A DNA stretch of 64,000 bases from Tagaea sp. (GTDB lineage: Bacteria; Pseudomonadota; Alphaproteobacteria; CACIAM-22H2). Under the pieces are notes generated by a model. That model was given only the letters and a program-made list of their open reading frames with translations, ran no database searches and had not been told where the DNA came from. The stretch is taken from the NCBI GenBank assembly GCA_965228135.1, contig OZ245798.1, positions 1,469,220-1,533,219 on the forward strand, read 5' to 3'. The position numbers were made by a program, and so were the translations under genes. Position 1 is the first letter of the stretch, and the number at the start of each line of letters is the position of its first letter. This document shows, piece after piece, positions 19,122 to 29,199 of this stretch.

Positions 19122-20044
19122 CGCGCCTTCTCCAGCACGATGCGCGGATCGACGACGCTGTAGAGAATATCGGACAGCAGATTGAGGAACACCGTGACGA
19201 ACGCGCCGAGCAGCACCACGCCCTGGACGATCATAAAGTCGCGGGCCAGGATTGCCTGCACCGTCACTTGGCCAAGACCGGGCCACGCGAACACCGTCTC
19301 GACGATGACCGCCCCCGCGAGCAGGTTCGAGATCTCGAGTGCCGCCACCGTAATCACCGGGATCGACGCGTTGCGCGCGAGATGTCGGAACAGCAACCGG
19401 CCCATGCCCACGCCGCGCGAGCGCGCCGTGCGCGCATAATCCTTCGAGAGTTCGTCGAGCAACGCGGCGCGCGCGATGCGCGCGAAGGTCGCCATGCTGA
19501 GCAGACCCAGCGCCACCGACGGCATGATCAGATGCGAGAAACCGCCGGTCGAAGATGGCGGCAGCCAGCCGAGCAGCACCGAGAAAACGAGGATCATCAA
19601 GATCCCGCTCCAGAAAGTCGGCATGCTTTGCGCCGACAGCACCAGCCCGGCGGCGAATTTGGCGAACAATGTCTCGCGATAAAGGGCGAGCAGAATGCCG
19701 ATCGGAATGCCGATCCCGCAGGCTACGACAAGCGCGCCTGCCGCCAGCATCAGCGTATAGGGCATGCGCGAGGCGATGATCGTGGTTACGGGCACGCGCT
19801 GCACGACCGATTGGCCCAAATCGAAGCGCAGCAACTCGGCCAGGAAATCAAGATACTGAACGAAAAGCGGCCGATCGAATCCCAGCGCCGTGCGCAAAGC
19901 GTCGATATCCGCCTTGGTCGCCGTTTCCGGCACCAGCAGATATGTGGGGTCGCCGGTCAGCCGCTGGACGAAAAAGATGAGCGTCACCACCCCGAGGATG
20001 GTGACGCCCGCCTGTCCCAGACGCCGGAGCAGAAAGCCCGGCAT
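19118..20044 (-). CDS. Peptide ABC transporter permease (DppB/OppB-type)
   Basis: N-terminal MPGFLLRRLGQAGVTILGVVTLIFFVQRL, typical of DppB. Confidence 0.8.
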   Translation of the reverse strand: MPGFLLRRLGQAGVTILGVVTLIFFVQRLTGDPTYLLVPETATKADIDALRTALGFDRPLFVQYLDFLAELLRFDLGQSVVQRVPVTTIIASRMPYTLMLAAGALVVACGIGIPIGILLALYRETLFAKFAAGLVLSAQSMPTFWSGILMILVFSVLLGWLPPSSTGGFSHLIMPSVALGLLSMATFARIARAALLDELSKDYARTARSRGVGMGRLLFRHLARNASIPVITVAALEISNLLAGAVIVETVFAWPGLGQVTVQAILARDFMIVQGVVLLGAFVTVFLNLLSDILYSVVDPRIVLEKAR

Positions 20045-20049
20045 CCGTA

Positions 20050-21558
20050 TCAGTCTTTCCAGCTCATGCGGTTGATGAACATGCTCTCGTTCGGCGTCGG
20101 CGTGAACTCCAGGTTCTTCGCGGCACCGTAGATCACGACCGCCTGATAGAGCGGCACGACGGGCACGTCCGTCGCGACGATCTCATGCACCTGCTTATAC
20201 GCGGCGAGGCGCTTGTTGGTATCGAGCGTGGCGCGCGCTTCCTCGAGCAACGCATCGACTTTCGGATTGCGATAGGCCGACCAGCCGCTCGATTTATGCA
20301 GCAGCGGGAACAGCACGCCATCCGCGTCCTGGCAGGCGCAAGACCAGCGCCCGAAGCTGAGCAGCGACGTCGTCTCGGGACCCGCCTGGGCGCGACGCAG
20401 ATAGGACGCCATGTCCGACATCGCGATCTTCACGTTGAAGCCGGCGTCGGTCATCATCTGCTGGATCGCCTGCACGATACGCTGGTCGAAAACCGGCGCC
20501 GTGGAGAGATCGATTTCCGCCTTCGCCGCCGGCCCGATTTCGGCCAGCAACGCCTTCGCCTTGGCGAGGTCGAAGGAAGGCGCTTGAATGCCGTCGACCC
20601 AGCCGAAAATCGCCGGCGTCAGCAATTCGGGGACCGGCTTGTCGTGGCCGCCCAGAATGCCTTCGATCATCCCCGCCTTGTCGATCGCGTGCGCGGCCGC
20701 CAGACGCGCCTTGGGATTGTCGAACGGCGGCTTGGTGGTGTTGAGGCGCATATAGGCGACGCGCTCGGTCAAGCCGATCAGCGCCTTGGCGCGCGGCGCA
20801 TTCTTCAACTGTGCCGCTTGGTCGGCGTCGATCGTGACGATCAAATCGCTCGACCCCGCCTGAAGATTGGCAAGGCGCGTGGCGCCATCCGGCACCGCGC
20901 GGAATACTACGCTGGGGAACGGACCCTTGGTGCCCCAATAGGCATCGTTGCGCGACAGCGTCACTTGTACGCCGCGCTGCCACGCCTCGAACTTGTAGGG
21001 GCCCGAGCCGATCGGTTTCAGATTGAATGCATCCTTACCCGCCGCCTCGACGGCCGCCTTGGGCACAATCGACAATTTGACGAGCTGGGCGAGCAACGCA
21101 GGGTACGGCCCATCGGTGACGAGCTTCACCTTGGTCGGCGACAGCACGCTTGCACCGACGATCTTGTCGAACTGGCCGAGCTGCGGGCTTGCGAAGGCGC
21201 GATCGGTGATGCGTTTCACGCTGAACACGACGTCGTCGGCGGTCAGCTTCGAGCCATCGTGGAAGACGATGTCGCTGCGCAGATCGAACTCGATCTCGGT
21301 ATCGGAGACCTGACGCCAAGCGGTCGCGACTTGCGGGATGATCGCACCCTTGTCGTCGCGCGTGACCAGATTGTCGAAGATGTTGCGATAGACGTAGTAG
21401 CTGTCCGGATTCCACTGGACCTGCGGATCCAGCGAGGACGGCTCGTTGACCAGATCGACGACGAGCCGGTCTTTCGCGGCGTGGGCTTGCGGCAAGCCCA
21501 AACCGATGAACGCCGCCGCGGCGAATGCCAGGCGGACGGATCGCATTCTTCCGATCAT
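20050..21558 (-). CDS. Peptide/nickel ABC transporter substrate-binding protein (SBP family 5)
   Basis: Signal peptide, then an SBP_bac_5 domain (DRLVVDLVNEPSSLDPQ...). Confidence 0.85.
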   Translation of the reverse strand: MIGRMRSVRLAFAAAAFIGLGLPQAHAAKDRLVVDLVNEPSSLDPQVQWNPDSYYVYRNIFDNLVTRDDKGAIIPQVATAWRQVSDTEIEFDLRSDIVFHDGSKLTADDVVFSVKRITDRAFASPQLGQFDKIVGASVLSPTKVKLVTDGPYPALLAQLVKLSIVPKAAVEAAGKDAFNLKPIGSGPYKFEAWQRGVQVTLSRNDAYWGTKGPFPSVVFRAVPDGATRLANLQAGSSDLIVTIDADQAAQLKNAPRAKALIGLTERVAYMRLNTTKPPFDNPKARLAAAHAIDKAGMIEGILGGHDKPVPELLTPAIFGWVDGIQAPSFDLAKAKALLAEIGPAAKAEIDLSTAPVFDQRIVQAIQQMMTDAGFNVKIAMSDMASYLRRAQAGPETTSLLSFGRWSCACQDADGVLFPLLHKSSGWSAYRNPKVDALLEEARATLDTNKRLAAYKQVHEIVATDVPVVPLYQAVVIYGAAKNLEFTPTPNESMFINRMSWKD

Positions 21559-22343
21559 CGCTTTTGATCCTTCGTGAGAGGTTGGGACGATGTCTTAACG
21601 GTGGGTGCTGAAAGCGGTTTCCGGCGGCGCGCCGAACGTGCGCTATCGGACGAGAGAAGCTCGGCCTTGGCGAGGAAGCCGCGCGCAAGTGCGTCGGCGA
21701 AGCGCGATTGATCCTTGCGCAGCGCGCGTGCGGCGGCGACGCGATCTCCGTCGCGCAACGCTTGAACGCATTCGCGCGGGTCGGCGACCGGGACGCTATA
21801 TCCGGCGATTTCCAGCCGGCGCACAATGCGATCGGCATGATCCCAGGCGCAAACCAGCCAATCGCGCAGGAACCCACCCGTACCGGCAGCAAGCAATTCG
21901 CGGATGCGGCGCGCCGACGCGCGCGCCATCGCCAAAGCCTGGGGCTCGTCGCGGCCGATCACGGTTTCGAGAATACCGGCCGCCTCCGCCAACGCCGCTT
22001 TCGTCGCGGCGTTGATCGACGCCTCGATCAAAGCGGGCTCGAGGCGCACCAGCGCCGCCAGCACGTCGTGCGATAACTCGCCGTTCACCGGTGCGACGCG
22101 CCAGCCTTGGCGAGCATGGCGCGACACGAATTTCGCGGCGGCCAACTCGGTCAACGCGACGCGCACGGCCGCACGGCCCAACGCGAAGCGTGCCGCCAAT
22201 TCGGCTTCCCCGAAAAACGCGCCGGGCGCCAATTCGCAAGCCACGATCGCCCGGCGCAAGCGCCGCACGGCGATCATATGGCCTGCTTCGGTGGCACCGA
22301 GCGGCAAGGAAGACGATATGAACGGCGAAGATTTATCGAGCAT
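21555..22343 (-). CDS. GntR family transcriptional regulator (FCD type)
   Basis: N-terminal wHTH (RLRRAIVACELAPGAFFGEAELAARFALGRAAVRVALTELA). Stop overlaps the SBP start (ATGA). Alternative start at M23 (22277). Confidence 0.65.
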   Translation of the reverse strand: MLDKSSPFISSSLPLGATEAGHMIAVRRLRRAIVACELAPGAFFGEAELAARFALGRAAVRVALTELAAAKFVSRHARQGWRVAPVNGELSHDVLAALVRLEPALIEASINAATKAALAEAAGILETVIGRDEPQALAMARASARRIRELLAAGTGGFLRDWLVCAWDHADRIVRRLEIAGYSVPVADPRECVQALRDGDRVAAARALRKDQSRFADALARGFLAKAELLSSDSARSARRRKPLSAPTVKTSSQPLTKDQKR

Positions 22344-22363
22344 CGAGGAAAACGTAGCTTATC

Positions 22364-22398
22364 TGTAAGATTTCACAAGCTGTTTGTAAAATCTCACA
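22364..22398. promoter_or_regulatory. Two tandem GntR-type operator-like motifs (TGTAAGATTTCACA / TGTAAAATCTCACA)
   Basis: Direct repeats with the T.GT-N8-AC.A signature typical of GntR/FadR operators, 21-55 nt upstream of the GntR gene start. Confidence 0.35.
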
Positions 22399-22477
22399 AA
22401 ATAGGATGTGCCGCGACCGTGATCAGACTTGTCCGATCCCGGCTGCGGCAACAAACGAGATTTACTGAGCCGATGCG

Positions 22478-22518
22478 CAAAATTTCGAAGCCCGCCGCTG
22501 GCTTCCAGGGCGGGCTTC
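22478..22518 (-). terminator. Putative intrinsic terminator after the RraA-like operon
   Basis: Perfect 10-bp GC stem (GAAGCCCGCC...GGCGGGCTTC) with a 12-nt loop, followed on the minus strand by GAAATTTTG. Confidence 0.35.
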
Positions 22519-22546
22519 GTCAAAATCCTCGCGATATCCGCGGCGC

Positions 22547-23236
22547 TTACATCACGCCGAAGGTACGGAACGCCTCGCAAGCGCTCATGCCGCCGCGAAT
22601 GGCGATGGCGACTTTGTTCTCAGTGTTGGACTTTTCCAACGCACGTTCGATTGCCTCTTTCTCGGCCGTGCGCGGAATAATCAGAACACCTTCACGATCG
22701 CCGAAGATCAGATCGCCGGGTGCCACGCGAATGCCTTCGATCTCGATCGGGCAGCCGTAATCCATCACCTTGCCGCGCGGACCCTGATCCTGCGCATAGA
22801 GCCCACGCGCGAACACCGGGAAGCCGAGCTTCTCGATCTCGCTCGCGTCGCGCACATAGCCATTCAACACCGCGCCCGCCGCTTTCAGCTTCTGCGCGCG
22901 GGTCGACATCAACCCGCCCCACAGCGCGTAGCGTAAGGACGAGCCGCTAGCGATATAGACCTCGTTCGCCTGCAAGCTATCGAGCGCTTCCATCATCAAG
23001 CCGAACGGCTTGTTGGCGAGAGGGTCTTTCGCGTCCGTGCCGCCGTCGGAGAACACGTCGGCTTCGAGCACGGGCATCGCGCGGCCGACGATCTTCATAT
23101 CGCCACGCAACGGTGCGATACCGGCCGGCAGAAACTGACGGCGATGGCCCATCACGTCCAGTACATCGCCGACGACTGCGGTGAAAAGCTCCTGGCGGAT
23201 CGTGTCGAACAGCGCCTTGTCGGTCTCGATCGTCAT
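22547..23236 (-). CDS. RraA-family / 4-hydroxy-4-methyl-2-oxoglutarate aldolase-like protein
   Basis: RraA/MenG-like fold. Start trimmed to MTIETDKALF. Confidence 0.7.
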   Translation of the reverse strand: MTIETDKALFDTIRQELFTAVVGDVLDVMGHRRQFLPAGIAPLRGDMKIVGRAMPVLEADVFSDGGTDAKDPLANKPFGLMMEALDSLQANEVYIASGSSLRYALWGGLMSTRAQKLKAAGAVLNGYVRDASEIEKLGFPVFARGLYAQDQGPRGKVMDYGCPIEIEGIRVAPGDLIFGDREGVLIIPRTAEKEAIERALEKSNTENKVAIAIRGGMSACEAFRTFGVM

Positions 23237-23261
23237 CGTCGTGCTTCCTTCGTGTGTTGAA

Positions 23262-24023
23262 CTAGAACGCGTGCAATGCGCCGCCATCGACGACCAGAAT
23301 ATGACCGGTGACATAAGCGGCCGCGTGCGAGGCGAGATAGGTCATTGCCCAGCCGATATCTTCGCCTTGGCCGAAACGGCCCATCGGGATGCGGGCGTTG
23401 ATCTTTTGCGCGCGTGCGGGATCGGTCGCCACCGCTTGGCGCATCAACGCCGTGTCGATCCAGCCCGGCGCCACGCCGTTGACCCGGATACCGGCCGGCG
23501 CAAGTTCGGTCGCGAGTGCTCGGACCATGCCCACATAGGCGGCTTTCGCGGCCGAATAGCCGATCACATCGGGCACGCCCAGAAACGAGGCCATCGATGC
23601 GGTAAACAGGATGCTGCCTTTGGCGCTTTCGAGCTGCGGCAGGAAGGCGCGCGACATCGCGAAGGCGCCACCGACATGGACCTTCATCACCGCGTCGAAC
23701 GCCTCGACGCTCATCTCGGCGAGCTTCTTCTTGATCGTATTGCCCGCGTTGTTAACTAGGATCGATACGCGGCCCTGATCGCGCTCGACCTGGCGGGCGA
23801 AATCATTCGCGGCATCCGCCTGCGTCACGTCGAACACCGCATAGGCCGCGTCGCCGCACAGCGTCTCGCGCGCCTTGGCGAGCTTGTCGGCGTTCGTGCC
23901 GACGATCGTGACCTTGGCACCCGCCGCCGCAAAGCATGTCGCGATCGAGAGGCCGATCCCGCTGCCCCCGCCGGTGACGAGGGCATGCTCGCCCTTCAGG
24001 CCAAAAACGTCCTGAAGACTCAT
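23262..24023 (-). CDS. SDR family oxidoreductase (KduD/gluconate 5-dehydrogenase-like)
   Basis: TGGGSGIG, NNAG, YSAAK. True start MSLQDVF at 24023 overlaps the upstream stop (ATGA). Confidence 0.8.
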   Translation of the reverse strand: MSLQDVFGLKGEHALVTGGGSGIGLSIATCFAAAGAKVTIVGTNADKLAKARETLCGDAAYAVFDVTQADAANDFARQVERDQGRVSILVNNAGNTIKKKLAEMSVEAFDAVMKVHVGGAFAMSRAFLPQLESAKGSILFTASMASFLGVPDVIGYSAAKAAYVGMVRALATELAPAGIRVNGVAPGWIDTALMRQAVATDPARAQKINARIPMGRFGQGEDIGWAMTYLASHAAAYVTGHILVVDGGALHAF

Positions 24024-25051
24024 GCGCCTTCGTCCGCGCCGATGCGCACGACGATTTTGGTGAAGGCGCCCGGATCGCGGTCCCAATCGCGCATCGCTTG
24101 GCCCGCATCGTCGAGCGAGACGATCCGCGACACGATGCGCCCGCCCGCCTCCGGCCGCGTTTTGAGATAGGCGATCACGTCTTCGAAATCCCGCATCGTG
24201 GCGCCGCGCGAGCCGCGAATATCGAGCTCCTTCAGCAGAAAATGTTTGGTCTCGTAGGCGACGGGATTTTTGGCATAGCCGATATAGACGACCCGCCCGC
24301 AGGACGAGGCGAGGTCGATCGCCTGTTTGAATGTTGCCTCCGCGCCGACCGCTTCGACCACGACTTGCGGGCCGTCGCCGCCGGTCAACTCGGCCACGCG
24401 CGCAGCCACGTCTTCGCGCGAAGCGTCGATCGTTTCGGCCGCCCCCAATGCCTTCGCGACCGCGAGTTTCTCGGCGCTGAGATCGACGCAAATCGCACGC
24501 GCCCCGCGTCGTAACGCGCCCAGCAGCGTGCCGAGGCCGATCACGCCGCAGCCCAGGATCACGATCGTTTCGTCGGCCTGCAATTGCGATCGGCCAACGG
24601 CATGAAAACCGATAGCGATCGGCTCAATCAGCGCCAAATCGATCTTCCGCAGTCCTTCGACGGGAATCACTTTGCGTGCGGGCACGACGACAATCGACGT
24701 CAACGCGCCCTCGCGCTGAACGCCCATCGTCTGGTTGTTCTTGCACGCGTTCGGCCGGCCGATGCGGCAGGAATAGCATTGGCCGCAATTGAAATAAGGC
24801 AGCAGCGTCACCGACTGACCCACCGTGAGATCGTCTACGCCCGCCCCCAGCCCAGCAACCGTGCCGGAAATTTCATGGCCGGGCACGCGCGGATAGCCGA
24901 CCAGCGGATTGAGTCCGCGGAACGACGTAAGATCCGAACCGCAATAGCCGACATAGTCGATACGAATGGCGACTTCGCCCGGCCCTGGCGCGGGTTCGGG
25001 GATATCGACCATCGAAAGAACGCCGGGCTTGTCGATGCTGAGCGCCTTCAT
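24020..25051 (-). CDS. Zinc-dependent alcohol dehydrogenase (idonate/sorbitol/threonine dehydrogenase family)
   Basis: GHE catalytic zinc motif, structural Zn cysteines (CGQCYSC), GCGVIG Rossmann. Confidence 0.8.
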   Translation of the reverse strand: MKALSIDKPGVLSMVDIPEPAPGPGEVAIRIDYVGYCGSDLTSFRGLNPLVGYPRVPGHEISGTVAGLGAGVDDLTVGQSVTLLPYFNCGQCYSCRIGRPNACKNNQTMGVQREGALTSIVVVPARKVIPVEGLRKIDLALIEPIAIGFHAVGRSQLQADETIVILGCGVIGLGTLLGALRRGARAICVDLSAEKLAVAKALGAAETIDASREDVAARVAELTGGDGPQVVVEAVGAEATFKQAIDLASSCGRVVYIGYAKNPVAYETKHFLLKELDIRGSRGATMRDFEDVIAYLKTRPEAGGRIVSRIVSLDDAGQAMRDWDRDPGAFTKIVVRIGADEGA

Positions 25052-25057
25052 GATCGG

Positions 25058-26167
25058 TCAGGCCTCCTGGATCGTGCAGTTGTCGACCACGTCCCAATCA
25101 ATATCGGCGCCCAAACCGGGACCAGATGGCGGCGTCGCCATCCCGTCCTTGATCGGCAAGGGTTGCTTCAAGCCGAAGGCGAAATTCTCGATCGGGTAAA
25201 GCAGCTCGAAGAAATCGCAGTTCTTGACCGCCGCCGCGCAATGGAGATTGACCAGCTCCATCGGATGGAAGATCGCGGTGTGAATCTCGCAATTCACGCC
25301 GAAAGCTTCGGCCAAGCGCGCGGTCTTCATCACGCCGGTGACGCCGCCAGTCCACGACACGTCCGCGCGCACGCGGTCGACGACGCGCGTCGAAATGCAC
25401 TCGGCAACGCTGTAGGGATGCTTGGCGATGACTTCGGTGCCGACGATCGGAATTTCCAGCGTGCGCGTCAATTCGCGCAAGGCGTGGACGTCCTCGTCGT
25501 AAAGCGGTTCCTCCAGCCAATAGAAGCCGAGGCGCTCCAATTCGCGGCCCAGCCGGATCGATTGCTCGAGATTGAACATCGACACGGGATCCGACATCAA
25601 CGTGAAGCCGGGGCCGACGGCGGCGCGCACCTGGCGATGCACTTCGATGTCGTAGTCCAGATCGTGGCCGGGCGTATGCAGCTTATAGGCTTTGAGCCCT
25701 TCGGCCTTGGCGCGCAACGCCTCGTTCACGTAATCCTGCGGGTTCGACAGGATCATCGAGCTGCCATAGACCGGCACGCTCTCGCGATAGGCGCCGAGAT
25801 ATTTATAGAGCGGCTGGCCGGCGGCGGCAGCCGACAACAGCCACAGGCACGTATCGAACGGGCCATAGGCGTAGATCGGCAGATGACCCCACCAGCGGTC
25901 GGCCACGCGGAAATCGTGCCACGCCTTTTCACGGTCCAGTGGATTGCGACCCAGGAAAAACGGGCGCAGCGTGTCAGCGATCAAACGGCCGGCGCCCGGC
26001 GCCGAGCGGCCCGCGAAGCCAAAGGCGGTCGCCTCCAGGCCGTTATCGGTTTTCATCGTGACGGTCAGGAATTCGAACTTCGCGAAGTCGCCGGTACGGA
26101 AGGCGCCGGCGGCGAAGTCACCCGGCTTGCGCTGGCAGCAGCGCAGTTTCACGTCCACGATTTTCAT
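25058..26167 (-). CDS. Enolase-superfamily dehydratase (mandelate racemase/muconate lactonizing enzyme family)
   Basis: MR/MLE N- and C-terminal domains. Start trimmed to MKIVDVKL. Confidence 0.8.
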   Translation of the reverse strand: MKIVDVKLRCCQRKPGDFAAGAFRTGDFAKFEFLTVTMKTDNGLEATAFGFAGRSAPGAGRLIADTLRPFFLGRNPLDREKAWHDFRVADRWWGHLPIYAYGPFDTCLWLLSAAAAGQPLYKYLGAYRESVPVYGSSMILSNPQDYVNEALRAKAEGLKAYKLHTPGHDLDYDIEVHRQVRAAVGPGFTLMSDPVSMFNLEQSIRLGRELERLGFYWLEEPLYDEDVHALRELTRTLEIPIVGTEVIAKHPYSVAECISTRVVDRVRADVSWTGGVTGVMKTARLAEAFGVNCEIHTAIFHPMELVNLHCAAAVKNCDFFELLYPIENFAFGLKQPLPIKDGMATPPSGPGLGADIDWDVVDNCTIQEA

Positions 26168-26241
26168 GATTCGGCCTTCGTTGTACCGGTCGCGTCGAAA
26201 GTAAGGGGGACCGGCGGATATGCCACCGGTCCCCGTCGTTG

Positions 26242-27018
26242 TTAGAAGCGCGGCAGTTCGACTTCCACGCCCATCCACTTGCGCTGCAACGCCTGCAACT
26301 CGCCGGTCGATTGCAGCATGAACAACGCGGTGTTCAGCCAGTGCAGGAAGTCCGGATCGTCGCGACGCAAGCCGATGCCCATCGGCGCCTGCGCGACGAC
26401 GAAGTGCTTCTTGAGCTTGTTGTTGCGTTCCTCGACCGCCTTGGCGAGCGCGCCGCTGGTCACGATGCCTTCGACCTGGCCCGCGAACAGAGCTTGCGAG
26501 GTCGACGCATCGTCGTCGTAGCGCTGGATCTGCACGTTCGGCAGATTGGCGCGCGTCATCACGATGTCGTTCGTGCTGGCACGGGTTACACCGATCTTCT
26601 TGCCACTCATCTCGTCCATCTTGGCGATCGGCTTATCGACCGGCCCGACATAGACCTGCTGATCGACATAGTAGGTGCTGGTGAAGGCGATCGCCTTCGC
26701 GCGCTCCGCCGTGATCGAGAACGAGTAGATCACGATGTCGAGCTTGCCCGAAGTCAGGTTCGGGATGCGGTTGGCCGCCGTCGTGTCGACCAAGTTGACC
26801 TTGACGCCCAGATCGCGGGCGATCAGGCGCGCGACCGACACGTCGTAGCCGTCAGGCTGCATGTTGCTGTCCATCAAGCCATAGGGCGGCGTGCCCAGGC
26901 CCACGCCCACATTGATGGTGCCGCGCTTGATGATGGCGTCGAGCGTGCTTTCCGCCGCCGCCGGTGCCGCGACCGCCAACAAGGCGGCCAAGCCGAACGC
27001 GAGTTTCTTTAGGAACAT
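26242..27018 (-). CDS. Amino-acid ABC transporter substrate-binding protein (SBP family 3)
   Basis: Signal peptide MFLKKLAFGLAALLAVAAPAAA, SBP_bac_3 motifs. GGAGG SD 7 nt upstream. Confidence 0.8.
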   Translation of the reverse strand: MFLKKLAFGLAALLAVAAPAAAESTLDAIIKRGTINVGVGLGTPPYGLMDSNMQPDGYDVSVARLIARDLGVKVNLVDTTAANRIPNLTSGKLDIVIYSFSITAERAKAIAFTSTYYVDQQVYVGPVDKPIAKMDEMSGKKIGVTRASTNDIVMTRANLPNVQIQRYDDDASTSQALFAGQVEGIVTSGALAKAVEERNNKLKKHFVVAQAPMGIGLRRDDPDFLHWLNTALFMLQSTGELQALQRKWMGVEVELPRF

Positions 27019-27049
27019 AGTCTTTCCTCCCAAGTAGAGACGTGGTTTT

Positions 27050-27703
27050 TCAGTTGGCGGTCCGGTGCAGCCGGCTTTCCAAACGCCGGCTCGCATAAGA
27101 CAGGGTCGAACAGACGACGAAGTAGATCGCCGCCACGGTCAGATAGACCTTCAAAGGCTGGAACGTGACGCTGGAGACGATCTGGCCCGCGCGCGTCAAT
27201 TCGACGAAGCCGACGATCGACGCGAGTGCCGTGTTCTTCACGACCTGCACGCTGAATCCGACGGTCGGCGGCACGGCAACGCGCAAGGCCTGGGGCAAAA
27301 TCACGACCAACATCGTCTGGCGCCAGCTGAGTGCAAGCGCTTTCGCCGCTTCCCACTGACCCTTGGCGACGGATTCGATGGCACCGCGCCAGATTTCGCC
27401 AAGGAAGGCGCTGGTGTAGATCGTGAAACCGATGCCGGCCGCGTAGATCGCTGGCAGGTCGTAGCCCAGCGCCGCTACGCCGAAATAGGCGATGAACAGG
27501 ATGACCAGCAGCGGCGTACCCTGGACGACATAGATATAAGCCTGCGCGATCCAGCGCAGCCAAGCGCGATGCGACAGGCGCAACAACGCCACGACCGCCC
27601 CGCCGATGCCGCCACCGACCAGCGCGATCAACGCCAGCACGACCGTCCAGGTCGTGCATTGCAGCAGGAAGCCGACGTGATTGATGTTGTAGGTCTGGAA
27701 CAT
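27050..27703 (-). CDS. Amino-acid ABC transporter permease (HisM/HisQ-type)
   Basis: BPD_transp_1 domain with the EAA-like loop. Confidence 0.8.
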   Translation of the reverse strand: MFQTYNINHVGFLLQCTTWTVVLALIALVGGGIGGAVVALLRLSHRAWLRWIAQAYIYVVQGTPLLVILFIAYFGVAALGYDLPAIYAAGIGFTIYTSAFLGEIWRGAIESVAKGQWEAAKALALSWRQTMLVVILPQALRVAVPPTVGFSVQVVKNTALASIVGFVELTRAGQIVSSVTFQPLKVYLTVAAIYFVVCSTLSYASRRLESRLHRTAN

Positions 27704-27706
27704 CGA

Positions 27707-28378
27707 TCAGCGCCCCGCGTGCTGGAACGAGAACAGCGCGCGATTGATCAGCGCGAACACGCCTTTAAACGCCGCCGTCAGCACGAGGTAGAGAGCGGCG
27801 ACGAGCAGATAGGCTTCCAAGCTGCGGAAAGTCAGCCCCTGCACGTCGTTGGTAACGCCCGTGAGCTCGGGCACGGAGATGACCGACACGACGCTCGAGG
27901 CCAGCAGGATCAAAATAAATTGGCTGGTCAGCGCCGGGAAAATCGCCGCGATTGCCGGCGGCAGGACGACATAGCGAAACGTAAGGTACGGCGACATGCC
28001 CAGCGTGCGCGCCGCTTCGCGCTGACCCTTGCCGATCGTCTCGATGCCTGCGCGCACGATCTCGGTGATATAGGCGCCGGCGTAAAGCGTGAGCGACAGC
28101 ACCGCCGCCGTAATCTCGGAGATGCGTATCCCCACCGACGGCAGACCGAAATAGACGATGTAGATCTGCACCAGGAATGGCGTGTTGCGGATGATCTCGA
28201 CATAAGCGGCCGAGATCGCGGACAGCACGCGAGAGCCCGACAAGCGCATCACCGCGCCGAGGATGCCGACCATCGTGCCGAGGATTAGCGCCGTCGCCGA
28301 CAGCACGACGGTCAGAATAATGCCGTCGACGAACAGCTCGCCGCGCGCGAACGTGCCGGAGAAATCGAGATAACCCAT
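27707..28378 (-). CDS. Amino-acid ABC transporter permease (HisM/HisQ-type)
   Basis: Paralog of the adjacent permease. Confidence 0.8.
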   Translation of the reverse strand: MGYLDFSGTFARGELFVDGIILTVVLSATALILGTMVGILGAVMRLSGSRVLSAISAAYVEIIRNTPFLVQIYIVYFGLPSVGIRISEITAAVLSLTLYAGAYITEIVRAGIETIGKGQREAARTLGMSPYLTFRYVVLPPAIAAIFPALTSQFILILLASSVVSVISVPELTGVTNDVQGLTFRSLEAYLLVAALYLVLTAAFKGVFALINRALFSFQHAGR

Positions 28379-28394
28379 GTTCTCTACCGGGACG

Positions 28395-29078
28395 TTAGAG
28401 GGCGGCCGATTCCAGCGCGCGCGCCATGACGTTCACCTGGCGCAGCGTATTCTGGCGGCTGCGCTCGAGGTGATGGCGCATCGCCGCGACGATCTGATCG
28501 CGTTTGCCGGCGAGGACGGCGTCGAGCACGTCTTGGTGCTCGTCGACCGAACGGCTGTAATCGCCGGGGATCGAGACGAACACCGTATGCGTCTGGCTGA
28601 CGATCCGACTGTGCATGTCGAGCATCATCGGAATGCGCGCCGCACCGACCAGGGCGCTATGGAACGCACGGTCGTGGACCAGCGCTTGCGACAGATCGTC
28701 GAGCGATGTGCCATTCGCGAAGTGGCGATGCAGCTCGAGACTCTTCTTAAGACGCTCGGCCAACGCCTCGTCGATCCATCCGGAATCGAACGCGAGCTCG
28801 ATCGCCCCCTTCTCGATCATCATCCGGGCGGCGTAGAGCTCCTCGACGTCTTCCTCGGTAAAGCTGCGCACCATCATACCGCGACGCGCGGAATTGACGA
28901 GCAACCCATCGGCCTCGAGGCGCAGACAGGCTTCCTTCACCGGCGTTGGGCTGATTCCCAAATCAGCCGCTAACTCATTGGGAAACAAGCGCTGCCCGGC
29001 GGCCAGCTTGCCGGTCACGATGCGCGAGCGGAGCTCCTGATAGGCCTGCTCGGCGAGCGTCGTTTTGATCATGCTCAT
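28395..29078 (-). CDS. GntR family transcriptional regulator (FCD type)
   Basis: HTH (LFPNELAADLGISPTPVKEACLRLEADGLLV) plus FCD domain. Divergent from the ATPase gene across an AT-rich intergenic region. Confidence 0.75.
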   Translation of the reverse strand: MSMIKTTLAEQAYQELRSRIVTGKLAAGQRLFPNELAADLGISPTPVKEACLRLEADGLLVNSARRGMMVRSFTEEDVEELYAARMMIEKGAIELAFDSGWIDEALAERLKKSLELHRHFANGTSLDDLSQALVHDRAFHSALVGAARIPMMLDMHSRIVSQTHTVFVSIPGDYSRSVDEHQDVLDAVLAGKRDQIVAAMRHHLERSRQNTLRQVNVMARALESAAL

Positions 29079-29199
29079 GCCGACAACATCCAAGAACCGC
29101 CCGTTCTGCGCAACAAAAAAATTTAAAATGAAAAATCTTTTATTTTCTGTGGAGGCCTTTTCTGGGGTAAAAGCCGATCGGGTCGGTGAGGAGAGTTCG

